From: Octopus sinensis
Lineage: Eukaryota
Direction of reading: 5' to 3'
Length of the DNA stretch: 64,000 bases
Assembly: GCF_006345805.1 (NCBI RefSeq)
Contig: NC_043011.1
Coordinates: 16,132,464 to 16,196,463 of the forward strand
The notes under the pieces are model-generated. The model was not told the origin of the DNA. It worked only from the letters and a program-made list of their open reading frames with translations, and did not search any database. The translations under genes were made by a program, and so were the position numbers. This document shows, in pieces, positions 14,460 to 27,300 of the stretch. How positions within the stretch are numbered: position 1 is the stretch's first letter; every line of letters starts with the position of its first letter.

Positions 14460-15050
14460 CATTTACAGAAAATAACACCACATTACACACCTCTAAACCT
14501 GAGCGGCTCTCAAAGAAAGCCTTCATGGGTATTCTAAATGCTAAAACCGACGCAAGTTTTCCTTGGCCAAAATACATGCGTAACATAGTTTGGGCCGATT
14601 CTTAAAGCTCACCCCTTCACTTCAGCATCACAAAAGTTTTCAATCTCTAACAGTTTCTCATACACTAAAAGGCTCAAGTGAGTTGCACATTTACGTTTTG
14701 CACTTACATCTGAGTCTCAGTGTTGCTACAACACTTAACACATGCTGGATCGCATCCAGATAAAGGCAAGTCAGCTGACAATTTCTAAATTACTAAAGGA
14801 CACAATCAAACTTTTGACCCACAAGAGAGTGTCAGAGTTTGGAATACTTTTTATCGCTATTATAACTTCCTCTGTTCCTGATATCTCAAGCACTGCTAGC
14901 CTACAGGTGTTTCCACTTGTCACCCATTCACATCACAGTACGTGCGTCCAACACAGACTCGAACTATGATACCCAGTTCCACCCCAGGACATCGACCTTT
15001 TGAAACCTCCCTGCTCATGTTTTATCAATGTCTTCTGACTTGGTCAAGGT
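14460..15050 (+). pseudogene. Decayed 3' part of a CR1/L2-group LINE ORF2
   Basis: Frameshifted translations give LDRIQIKASQL...LTHKR, FYRYYN (ttttatcgctattataac) and FHPRTSTF*NLPAHV. These resemble the post-RT C-terminus of CR1-group LINEs. Confidence 0.65.
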
Positions 15051-15307
15051 CATTGTCCCTCCCAAACAGAAAGCAAAAAAGGAATTCTGAATGGATACTT
15101 AATCACAGTGTGTAATCACATTTCGAAAAATTAATAGCGGATGCACGTGTAAATATTTTAATAGAGAAACATAGATTCGTAAAATACATCTTTATGGTAA
15201 TTGGGGATTTGTATATTTTTTAATAAATGGTTAGCATTCAAAATGTAAAAATTCTGCATATTGATTTTCTTCGAGGAATCATATGAAGAGCATAAACACA
15301 TATTGCT

Positions 15308-15320
15308 GTTGTTGTTGTTG

Positions 15321-15377
<57 letters not shown>
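15308..15377. repeat. (GTT)n(ATT)n microsatellite
   Basis: Directly visible. Confidence 0.95.
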
Positions 15378-15378
<1 letters not shown>

Positions 15379-17454
15379 AGAAAAACCAGAGAACATTTTT
15401 TCTTGATTCCATAAATTGTATTTGTCCGTATTGATTCGGTACAGAAAACTGCTGAAGATACCCGTCGGTAATGTTTGTCTTCGAATTTTCGAAGAACTGT
15501 TAAAAATTGGAAATAAATTTGGTCAATGAGAAACATAAAATACAAACATTATATTTTCGCAGAATTAAAATATAAAATCCAACACACAAGTTATAAACAA
15601 TAATTCATTACAAAGCAAACATTCGTGACAAAATCAATAAAAGAGTCCATTTAGCATGGTGTTCATCAGTAATAGTGCTCGATCAATATTTCAGAATGTA
15701 TCCCGGAGAGAGAACAGCTCAAAACAACAAATCATGCATTCACTCAATATTTTGTCAAGCCATGCAATATATGAAGGATTCATAGAGGTAAATTACCTTT
15801 GTAAGCCGTACATACATAGTTACGTGTGAAACTGTGACGGTTTGAAAATATTGGCTTTATTCTCCATCTAATAAACATGCAGGTATTTTTAAGTGCATTT
15901 TCATGTTAAATGTAGCACACGTTTTAGAATATCAGAATCTAACTATTCAAAGACACTTAAATCCCCATACTTTATAATAATTATTCATAATACTGTTATG
16001 ATTTGGTATCTTGATGAATATTTATTTCTTTTGTTTTGTTTCTCTTTGGACAATTGTTAAAGCTCCAGGGTATAAAACTCCCTTATCACTCTGCCGGAGC
16101 AAACCACTTAATCTGTCTGCTTCTCTTAAATAATTACCATTATAACTATTCACAACTCTTTTACATATTACTATTACTATCACCGACATTATCAACAAAA
16201 TGCTTCCATTAATGGTAGAGTTAATACAAGTATCTCTAGCATCACATTTATTTATTACTTTCCTCTCAGCGAGGTATGTCATGATTTTAAAGATGTATAT
16301 AGCTATTAATCACATTGGTTAAAGGCAACATGCTGGCAGATGTGTCGGCAAAGTTATTGAATCCATTAGAAGATATTACTAATAATTCTTTTGGAATGTT
16401 CAATATGTTTTGCAAAATAAATCTAATCTGATCAGTTGACCACCGTTCACATGGTATCTTAAAACATGGAGAAAGAAAGTAAACACGCAATTATAAATTT
16501 CAGTAGGTGCAGTAGAAGTATTTCCTGGAAAAGAAATTCAAAATTCGTAAATGCAATTCAACAAATCAATAAATTGTCACCACTTCAGAACAGCATAGAA
16601 AATGTAAAACACTGACTACATAAAATAGTCAACCTGATTGGAAACGGAAATAAGCACCAAAACCGTATTAAATGTGAATGTAACCCAGCGTTATGTTTCT
16701 AAAGAAATAGTAATGAACGAAGCAAAAGAAAAATTGAAATCCGTAAGAAATATTTGTTGGGAACGTAAACTAAAGGTATTCAAAAATTAAATACTTAACA
16801 GTACAAGCAATTTTAACGCAAAAATATAATATATGGAACATGATGTACTGCAAGAAAGTAAACATATCAAACATGCTCTGCCGTTCAGAAAAATACACGA
16901 GAAAAGGAGAAACGCGAGAAATAATATATACATCCTTCAACTTTACCCGGATCTTATTCTTTGCTTTATATTAAATGCTAGGCACACAATAGGGAAGTTG
17001 TTCAAATAAATCAACACTAAAGAGCAAAAGTATTTCTAGGGCTGAAGTCTTATTTGGTTCACTGATATTCTTAACTACCCACACAAGTACTATGTAAGTA
17101 TCAGTATCTGACATGAAAGCATCTAAATAGTTTTCGGCTGAAACGGTCCCATCAGGAGGCAAACTCTCATAATATACTGTATCATTTAGAGGAACCCGTC
17201 AATATATAAAAAAAATAGTAATATCCTTCGCGATACGCAATTATGTATTACATAAAATTTCTCAAAAGACTGTTCAAACTACCATAATTTCATGTCAAAT
17301 AAGTAAAGGTGCGTTGCAAACAATACAATTAACAATATGAAAGTTTCGCTTTTACTACTTCTTCCAAATTAGTGATCATGAAATACATCCGACAGTCGTA
17401 TTTATTAATATACAGAGTATGAAATTACTGGACAATGCTCCCTCATCCCTTCTG

Positions 17455-17816
17455 TCTCTCTACAGGGGGTTAAATATAGAGGGGACAAACAAGGACAGAC
17501 AAGGGGATTAAGTCGATGACAGCAAAGGATGACAGCAAAGTCGACCTCGGCAGAATTCGAACTCAGAACGTAACAGCAGACGAAATACCTATTTCTTTAT
17601 TACACACAAGGGGCTACACATAGAGTGGACAAACAAGGACAGGCATAGGTATTAAGTCGATTACATCGACACCAGTGCGTAACTGGTATTTAATTTATCG
17701 ACCTCGAAAGGATGAAAGGCAAAGTCAATCTCGGCAGATTTCGAACGCAGAACGTAACGGCAGTCGAAATACCGTTCGGCATTTCGCCCGGCGTGCAAAC
17801 GTTTGTGCCAGCTCGC
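17455..17816 (-). mobile_element. Two tandem/nested copies of the Meta-like SINE
   Basis: An internally deleted unit (about 17455-17589) ends at gacgaaatacc and is followed directly by the tail (tatttcttt...) of a second unit (17590-17816). Confidence 0.85.
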
Positions 17817-18248
17817 ATATGTGTATGAGTGTGTGAGCGAGATTTATCTCTGTGACATTTCGTTTTTGTTCTGAAGAAATTAAAAACTGGACTCACAAAT
17901 ATTCTACCACCATTTGCTGACACCATCTAAGAAATGATTGACACAGTACTCATGTAAATTCATATAATTAATAAGTTAAGCCAGGTCCACTTGAACCTAC
18001 AGTTAATCCCTACAAGCTGCAGAGATAAATTCATGGCATCATCACGTAACAGCTACACATAAAATACTAAAAATATATTATCACTTTATCCAACTTGCTC
18101 AAATCAAATCATCATATTTTCTCTCATCCTAATAAGAAAGCACATCTGAAATTCCCAAGGTAACTCTAACTACATAAAGCAACGTCGTGTCCTCAGGGCA
18201 GTAGCGCCTCTTTCTAAAATAGCAGTCTTTGAATAACAACCTACTTAC

Positions 18249-18320
18249 TGCAAAGTCGTTGAAAATACACAATGCGTTTCCTGGATATAATGTGGAAAAT
18301 AGCAATATGAGGAATCTCAT
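18249..18320 (-). CDS. Candidate first coding exon with a signal-peptide-like sequence (MRFLILLFSTLYPGNALCIFNDFA)
   Basis: ATG at 18320-18318, a hydrophobic stretch, and a canonical donor GCA|gtaagt after exactly 24 codons. No downstream exon could be linked with confidence. Confidence 0.25.
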
Positions 18321-19809
18321 GTATTCAAAATTGTGCCTCCTCAAATAGTTGTAATGGTGAATTATAGATTAAAAGCACAAAGTGACATGATATTGCTTGA
18401 AAAATAAATGCTCAGAATAATTTCACTTGTATCTGCACCATAATCTACTGCATTATAGATTGCATATTGAAACCAGCAATTATACAGGAGCACGATATTG
18501 AAGTTTCACTGGATCACGAAACACACCGATGTTTCTGATCGATTCTGCGTGCAACATGTCTTCCCCATCCGAAATGTCCGAATTTAAACAGGCAAAAAAT
18601 GAACAACTGGTATTATTTTGTTGATTCCAGGATCAGGAAAAGCAAAGCTTACTTATTTTCATTGTCAGCGTAGAAAAGTAAAGAAAAAAGAAAGAAAGAT
18701 GAATTCACAGAATATTGAGACGGAAAATGAGACAATTGTAAATTATGATTTAAGAAACTATAAAAAATTGAAAGATATCTTATGGAGAGATGGAAATTAG
18801 AAACAAAATTGTGTATAATAAAACAAAGCTGAGTTATGATTTTCATTCGTCGGAAATTGATTACCCCACGGCGTCATCTCCGTTCAAATTGAGGACGATG
18901 GAAAATAAGAAAAAAGATTAAGCCGAAGAAATTGAACAGACACTTAAGAAGACGTTGGAGTTCCTTCTATTCCACTAACCTGTCTTTACCTTTCTCCGTT
19001 CTACGTTCGTGAAATCATAACCCCTGGTGGCACATTTTGAGAAATGTATGGACCAACAATCAATCCGCTTCCAAGATGGATAGTATAACTGACATGTTCT
19101 GTCGACAAACGTAAATTCTTATACAGAAATATGCCACTGAAGATGTCACAGAAGAAACAGTGATGAACATGAGAGGTCTCAATGCATCATATAACTTGTC
19201 ATGCTATAGCGTAGCGTTATTCTTCTAAAGATTTAATGTAATAAACGATATATTTTATCATGCTCTAAAAATTCACAAATGTAAATATGTCTTGTAAAGA
19301 AATACCTTTTATGACATTCGCATTCGTTTTCACTTTCATCTAAAAGCCTCTTCTAAAATTACTCTGAATTACTGTTCTTCTTTTTGCTAAGTTGTTATAC
19401 ATCTGCAGATCAAATTATAATACATTAATGTTCTCATACAACTACAAAATCTACGAGAATATACTGTTAAGAAAGTAATATATTACTCCAACCTAGGTCA
19501 TTATTCTCTGTGTATATCTGCATAAAAACATCTCCATTTTGTAATCATATTTCAAAATGCAGGGTGTCTAACTCGTTTATTTTATAGAGTTTGAATGAAA
19601 TATAAGCTAGATCTCATGGGTCGGAGGGGCATATAAATCTTAAACATCATCCTATTCATGATAAACATCAAAGTAAATGGATAAAAGGTCAATAAGCATA
19701 TTCCTAATTTTATTAAGAATAAATGAAGTAAAAGTTAAATATTTACAAACCTGGGAAAAATTACTTATATATATATATATATATATAATATATATATATT
19801 ATATATATA

Positions 19810-19895
<86 letters not shown>

Positions 19896-19941
19896 CACAC
19901 GGTATATACGTATATATATATATATAATATATATATATATA

Positions 19942-20153
19942 CCGCGTGTGTACCGTTGGCGATTTTCTTTCCTCCGTCTTCCCTTCTCTGGATCTTTCCT
20001 TTTCCTATGTTTCTGACGAAGAGCTCCGCTCGAAACGTATATCCTCCTTCTTCACTTCCTTCCTGAGCGTCCAATAATACTTCTTAATAATATTCGTTCC
20101 ACCTCCTCGCGTTGTTGTGTATTTTCTTTGTGTTTTCAGGTTTGGATTAACTT
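19942..20153 (+). mobile_element. About 210-bp hammerhead-bearing element abutting a (TA)n tract
   Basis: gttt-CTGACGA-a-gagc-tcc-gctc-GAAAC-GTA at 20009-20039 (3' strand of stem I degraded), followed by ttcctgagcg...taatac...gttccac...gcgttgttgt. Confidence 0.7.
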
Positions 20154-20261
20154 TATTTGAATTAATTTTATTTTGCATATTATATTAATTAATTCTATTT
20201 CTACGTTTTGGTTTATGTTTTTCACTGTTTGATTTGCATAATAGTGGTTTTATCTCTAATT

Positions 20262-20300
<39 letters not shown>

Positions 20301-20303
<3 letters not shown>

Positions 20304-21290
20304 AATAATTAAGGGTACTGAGAAACAGCACCCATACGCACGAGATAGACGTCATAAAACTATGAAAACCACATCAAACTACATTCCATTAGCGATCAAG
20401 TGAATAAAACAGCAAATATCACGACCGGAGTGAATAAATAAATATATATGCATGCATAATTGAGGATAAAATCAATTGATGAACTTATCAGTGGCCAGTA
20501 TGTAATAAAAAAAGTATATATTAAACATTAATATAAATATATAATTATATAGATATAATTAAGAGTACTAAGAAACATTAGCTACACTCTGGTGATAGAC
20601 GTCAAAAAGCTCTTCTTTTCATTTGCTCGCTTTCAGCCTTGTGTTAATGGAGTGTAATTTGAATTGGTTTTTAGCGTCTATTGACGTCTATATCTAGCGC
20701 GTAGGTGCTTTTAGCAGAACCCTTAATTATAATTATATCTCTATAATTGTATATTTATATTGATGTTTACCAATATCATTTTTATCACATTTTGGTCACT
20801 GACAAGATCATTAATTGATTTTATCCTTCATTATGTATTCATATATTTTTATTTATTCACTCCGATCCTGATATTTACCGCGGTATTTTCTTGGTCAAAT
20901 ACGCATGTGGTTGAAATGAATAATCGGATTTACCTCGTATAAACGTGTGGATATATGTATATATTTGTATATGTACGAATGTATTTGTATGGGTATGTAT
21001 ATATATTTATATTTATGTACCTCGGATATATTCTACTGATGAAGGCAAAGTAATTTGTATATCTAAACCAGAAATCGTGCGATCTAAAATTAATCTCAAA
21101 ATGTTTACTAAATCATGTTCTAATGGAATATAATTTCATGTGGTTTTTGAGTCTTTTGACATCTATTTCTAGCGTGTAGGTGCTGTTACTCAGTACTCTT
21201 AATAATAATTATATATTCATATTAATGTTTACCTATATGGTCTTTATTACATGTTGGCAACAGATAAGATCATTAACCGATTTCCTCCTG
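20301..21290. repeat. Nested inverted-repeat (foldback) cluster
   Basis: Diverged inverted arms at about 20412-20612 and 20663-20878. An outer inverted pair of the same subunit lies at about 20301-20374 and 21138-21215. Confidence 0.75.
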
Positions 21291-21647
21291 AAATATATAT
21301 ATTTACACCAACATACACAGATATATATATATACAGAGAGAGAGAGAGAGAGAGAGTGAGAGAGAGTAGAAGCAACTGTATATTATAGTTCCTACGCACG
21401 TTTCACAATTATGCTTATCGAAAGCCCTGTAATAGCTGTTCCAAGGGCATTTAGATTCTCAACTATAACGTATCATCAGGGACATTTTACTGCTTTAAGT
21501 TACAGGAAACATAATGGTTACACGCGCGTAGAAAGTATGACGTAATCTTGTGCTTATCTATATTTCTCCTTCATTTGATCCGTAGTTTATGGCTAGTAAT
21601 CCAAATCAGTATAGAAGCAACTTAACTATACATGAAGTAGACTGAAT

Positions 21648-21656
21648 GATAATAAC

Positions 21657-21737
<81 letters not shown>
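21648..21737. repeat. (AAT)n microsatellite
   Basis: About 30 units, directly visible. Confidence 0.95.
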
Positions 21738-21925
21738 TTGCTTGTCAGTTATTTGACCTTAACCAGTTGAGCATGTCCCTTAGTGGCTGACGATATGTGC
21801 ATCTCTGATCACGAGCAGAAGTAGTGGGGGTGCATCATAGCCATGTGTTGAGAGGGATTCTTTGGGGTTTGAATAATTCACCTCTGGAAACATGGGTGGT
21901 TCTTTCAACATCCTTAAACAACCTT
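21738..21925 (+). mobile_element. Partial copy of the AAT-associated non-coding element seen at 23893-24335
   Basis: Near-identical to about 23921-24095. Starts immediately after (AAT)n. Confidence 0.85.
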
Positions 21926-23503
21926 TATTTATGCATATATACATAAACACACACACAGACATAGAAACATAACTTCAGAGGCGAGTCTCCTTCAAAGGTT
22001 GCGGTAATGGATGACTCCTTAATTTGTTGTAATTTGATTAATCCCAATCCAGTTCTGAAAGCATATGAGGTATATATATTTTACAAAAATATTATTAAAA
22101 TTAATGAAACAATACATATCATTTTGTAAATTATAGAAGAAAATTATATATAACAATTTTGTACTGCACTTAAAACTTCAATGCGCTGGATTTATGTTTG
22201 TCATTAGTGAATTCGTCTTTAGACTACCTGTCCATGATAGGATGATTATGAAGCATTTGGTTGAAACTGATGGACCCATCGTTGATGACGTCTATGGCTG
22301 TTTAGTTAAGCAATCAAAAGCAATGCCTGTAGGAAAGGTCTCAAGCTAAATCTGCATCATTGTGAGATTACGCAAAACTTCCCGATTACAAATTTCACTC
22401 ATATTGTTTGGGTTAAAGAGAGGGTATAGCAAAATCTCTGTTGTATCACGCAAAGCAGTAGTATTGAACTTACGAGGGTGTGATTGTGAGACAAATTCCT
22501 TCACCAACCATATATACCTGCGTATACGTATTCTAGCTATAATTCCTACCCGGTTCTCAATAAAATGATCCATCGAGAATGTTGCATTTAGTTTTCAGTG
22601 TCAGAACAATCACTGTTTGCCTTTTCTTTAGTTAATATATATACTTAATAATCTTGGCTCATAATGCTATCCGTATTCTACATGTTATTTCAAGAAACGT
22701 CGCAAGTATCGTATTACATCCACATTCACGTAGAAGAGGTATTTATTTATGTATAAATCAAACAAGCGAAGACGGCTAAACTTATTCTGTAGATTTATTA
22801 CCTGTCCTCTATACAGAGAATTAAATAACGTTCCTGGGAATGTTTCTCAAGACCATGGCATATGCCAATTTCTTCAATACTAATGCACTTTATCAAGAAG
22901 CTCTTCTTTCTGACGATTGATAATCAACAAAATGAATCGAAATATACTTCATTGTATTTACTCTCACATATAGCTCATACCTATAACACACGATTCCCAC
23001 AAATCTTAATTGAGATAATGCATCGATTCATATGTCCTTTCACAACTGTTCTCGCATATAACTCAAACTTACATTAATAATCAAAGTAAGAAATCGACAT
23101 ACCGAACCATTGATACAGGAAAATAGCAAGAGATGATTATGGTAATAATGATTTATAATAGAAGCTCACCGACAGATATTTGATGGCATGCTTTAACCAT
23201 TCATAATCGTCCACAGAATTACTACTTTATTTTCAGAAGGGCTGATGAAAAACTAAGGTGGGCGCACAGAAATTTGAACACAGGATATAAATAAATATCA
23301 CAAGATATTTTTTTTTTATCCAGCGTTTTTCGCTATTTTGCGGGCCGGCTGCTTTATAGAATAGTGCTAATACGAAACATAAAGAGGAAATATGGTTTCG
23401 CTGTATATTTTACCATGCATAAGATCATATTCACCGCAATAATGTTGCTACTGTTTCGTGCATGATTAACATAGATTCAGTCCAATTAAATGCACATGAT
23501 GCG

Positions 23504-23620
23504 TAATAATGATGATGATGATGATAATAACAACAACAACAATAACAATAAAAACAACAACAACAACAATAATAATAATAATAATAATTCTGATAATAAA
23601 AATAATAATAATAATAATAA
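23504..23620. repeat. Compound (GAT/AAC/AAT)n microsatellite
   Basis: Directly visible. Left flank of the retroelement nest. Confidence 0.95.
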
Positions 23621-23869
23621 TTCCTATCATAGTAGGTGCATTAGGTATGATAAAAAAATATTCAGACAAATACATAACAAAAACACCAGGACTTACAATC
23701 ACATATAACATACAGAAAATTGCACTACTAGGCACTGCACACATCCTACGCAGAACACTTTCCATACAATAACCATCAGAGCATCACAACAAATCACAGC
23801 ACATACCCAAGGCACACAGAGCTGTGCTCGGTAGTGAAGTGAAAGCACGCTATAAAAATAAAACTACTG
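23619..23869 (+). mobile_element. 5'-truncated copy (about 250 bp) of the R4/Dong element
   Basis: Nearly identical to 28129-28380 (ttcctatcatagtaggtgca...aaaacta), with about 4 differences. (AAT)n on both sides. Confidence 0.95.
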
Positions 23870-23892
23870 AATAATAATAATAATAATAATAA

Positions 23893-24335
23893 TTGTTTGA
23901 CCTTAACCAGTTGAGCATGTTTGTTTGACCTTAACCAGTTGAGCATGTCCCTTAGTGGCTGACGATATGTGCATCTCTGATCACGATCAGAAGTAGTGGG
24001 GGAGCATCATAGCCATGTGTTGAGAGGGATTCTTTGGGGTTTGAATAATTCACCTCTGGAAACATGGGTGGTTCTTTCAACATCCTTAAACAACACTTAT
24101 TCAAGGACCTTTTGAGTGGGATGGGCTACTCAACCTGAAGAAAATTCTAACTGGGCCCCACCTGCAAGGTCATGTGCTGTTTATCTTGATATGAGATCAC
24201 CATGTCGCGCACATATGGTTGTGATGCATGTGCCTGGTGTACTCTTATCAGACGAGTAGTCATGATGGGTATATTGGGCTTCGTATATTTTACCCCAGTG
24301 TCACTTTGATGGCATGCACTGCTCTCTCACTCAGA
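23893..24335 (+). mobile_element. About 440-bp non-coding element between (AAT)n tracts, probably a retroposon or LINE 3' UTR
   Basis: Flanked by (AAT)n at 23870-23892 and 24336-24397. Ends ...ctctcactcag(aat)n. A second copy lies at 21738. There is a 28-bp tandem duplication at its left end. Confidence 0.7.
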
Positions 24336-24397
<62 letters not shown>

Positions 24398-24398
<1 letters not shown>

Positions 24399-27300
24399 GT
24401 TTAAGAGGAGAACACCGGGGAACGTTTAAGATGTAAGAAGGAAAATACAGAGCTCCGAAATCTATCCACAAACATCGAAAACAAGGACATCCTATGGAGC
24501 CAAAGATTTACTAACAAAGAATTGGACTGTATCCGAGTAAGTAATACTAATTGAAATTTATTACTATTTTCGAAACGAAATGATGTATTTTGACTCGATA
24601 TCATCTCCGCCTCTAACACAACACATGTAAACATGCGTGGAACATCGCGATCATCCCCGACCCCAAACATCATGTACAAAGGAACTACGAAGAAATTAAA
24701 TGCCACCGATACTATTCAACCCAAGAATAACAATCGAACGGTACGTACATTAAACTTACAACAAAAAATGTACGAAAAACTACACGTGCGAAATAATGTG
24801 ACAACAGAAATAAACGGACCGGTACCCTACGAAAATGACGACCGTCAAAATAATGGGCCGGACGTTGTACCTCATGTCCCGCAAATAAAACCCAAAAGAC
24901 GTAAATGGACACGTGAGGAATACATTTCTATCTTACACGCATACTTCACAGCAATGCTCTACCCAAAAAATGAAAATACAACAGCACATACATATAAAAT
25001 ATGGAAGGAAAATAATAGAGATATAGACTTGGATACAGCAATGAACCCTAATAAATTAGCTAACGTACGAAGATACATTCTCAAAGCCAAAAAATATCAG
25101 AAATAGAAATAGAACATTTAAAAGAAAAAATACACCAGGAAAATGTAGATAGAAGCCACACAACAATGCCCAATAATATAAACACTGAAACTGTAAAACA
25201 CGAAGACAAACGCAACATTCCCAACAAACACGATGTAAACAACGAAGGGGAGCCTAATGATTATGATAATATGAAAAATAAAATAATCAAAGAGCTGAAA
25301 ACCACAGAGCCCAAAATGGACCACCGACCATACCTCCCAAGAATCAAAATAAACGAAATAACAACACCGATTATAAACAGCATAAACCTAGCCGTCACTG
25401 AACTAGCCACTGAAACAAAAAAAAGTGATATCACTGAGCTAAATGACATAATATACGCAGCAGCCACTGCAGCCACAAAAGAAGCTGGATACTCACCAAA
25501 AGCCGCCCAAACAGGATTACCACCACCCAAACAAACCCTGTGGATAAATAATATCCAAAACAGAATTTAAAAAATTAGAAAAGACCTGTTGATTCTTAAT
25601 GAAATCAGCAAGCAATCAACGCTACTGAGCAACAAAAAGAGAACAAAAATACTCCGCAAATATAATATCACAGAAAAAGATTTGCCGGAGATAAAAGAAA
25701 AGCTGAAGCAAGATATCCTTGCCAAAGCTCAAAGAATCCGCCGGTACGAGAAACGCCAACGCTTCTTTGAACAGAACAAAAAGTTCAACTCCAGCCCCAA
25801 AAAGTTCTACCAAGAACTGGGCAAAAATAAAATAGAAGTCACTGCAGCACCAACGGCAGAAGAATTGGAAGAATTCTGGAGAGAAATATGGTCGGCGAAC
25901 GAACAGCCAAAAAAAAGGAGTATCAAAATAACAAACTCAGCATCTGAACAACTTTGGACCCCCATAACAACTGAAGAGGTCACCCAGGCACTGCAAAAAC
26001 TAAGCAACTGGAAGGCACCTGGGCATGACAAGATCCCCAACTTCTGGCTGAAATATCTAACAGGAATGCGCAAAAAGCTGGCTGAAAACTTTAACAACGT
26101 ACTAGCAGAGCTAGAGACAATGCCTGAATGGCTCACGAAGGGGAAAACCATCTTAATTCCCAAATCAAATGAAACAGCAAAACCAGAAAACTACAGACCA
26201 ATAACCTGCCTCCCTACTATGTTCAAGGCATTTACTGCAGTGATATCGCAAAGGCTGAACAAGCACCTGGACGAAAACAAACTGTTCCCAGAAGAGCAGA
26301 AAGGATGCCGCAAGGGCTCATATGGCTGTAAAGATCAACTAATGATTAATAAAGCCGTTACTGAAGACAGCCACAGAAAGAAGAAAGGCCTCAGTATGGC
26401 CTGGATTGACTACAAAAAGGCGTTTGATAGCATCCCCCACACATGGATCCTCGAAACACTAGCCATTAACAAAGTAGCACCAACAATCATAAAATTCATA
26501 GAGCACTCTATGAATAAATGGCAAACAGTCCTACACCTCCAAACAAAAGAGGAACTCATGAAAACCAAAGACATCCCCATTAGAAGAGGAATATTCCAGG
26601 GAGACACGCTCTCTCCACTCCTTTTCTGCTTGGCACTGTCACCTATATCTGATATGCTAAATAGAACTGGATGCGGATATAAATGTTACGGCAAAACGAT
26701 CAGCCACCTTTTATATATGGATGACCTAAAACTATACGCTGCAAATGACAAACAGCTGGAAACACTATTAAAGACAGTTCATGGATTTACCAAAGAAATA
26801 GATATGAAATTTGGATTAGAAAAATGCACCAAAGTAACCATGAAAAGAGGAAAACTAGTTAAGAGTAACAACATCACACTAGATAAAACCAATGAAATAA
26901 AAGAATTAGACCAAAGCCAAACTTACAAATACTTAGGAATCCATGAACTAGATAAGACACAACACACACAAATGAAGGAGAAAATAAAAAAAGAATATTA
27001 TAGACGAGTTAGATCAATACTAAAAACAGAGCTCAATGCTAAAAACAAGATAATAGGTATCAACACTTTAGCTGTCCCAGTTATAAGTTACAGCTACAAT
27101 ATCCTTAACTGGACACGAAATGAACTGTCCAAAATAGATAGGAAAACAAGAAAAATAATGACAGGATCTAGGATGCATCACCCAAAATCTGACATAGAAA
27201 GACTATATATACAACGTATAGAAGGTGGTAGAGGACTTATACAGCTGGAAAACTACTATAAAATAACCACCATAGGACTGCAAAAATATCTACTTCAGAA

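Noticed and set aside
16022-17162. Minus-strand ORFs 16022-16282, 16287-16490 and 16971-17162 with protein-like composition
   Set aside because: No recognisable domain, in-frame stops, and no consistent splice phases linking them.
19135-19165. CTGAAGA...GAAAC hammerhead-like remnant
   Set aside because: No stem II pairing and no cleavage triplet.
23509-23772. 87-aa ORF ending like the retrotransposon C-terminus
   Set aside because: It is a microsatellite reading frame fused by chance to the truncated Dong copy.
24460-24680. Possible intron in the Dong 5' UTR (GTAAGT near 24538, CTAAC near 24613)
   Set aside because: No polypyrimidine tract or nearby AG acceptor.
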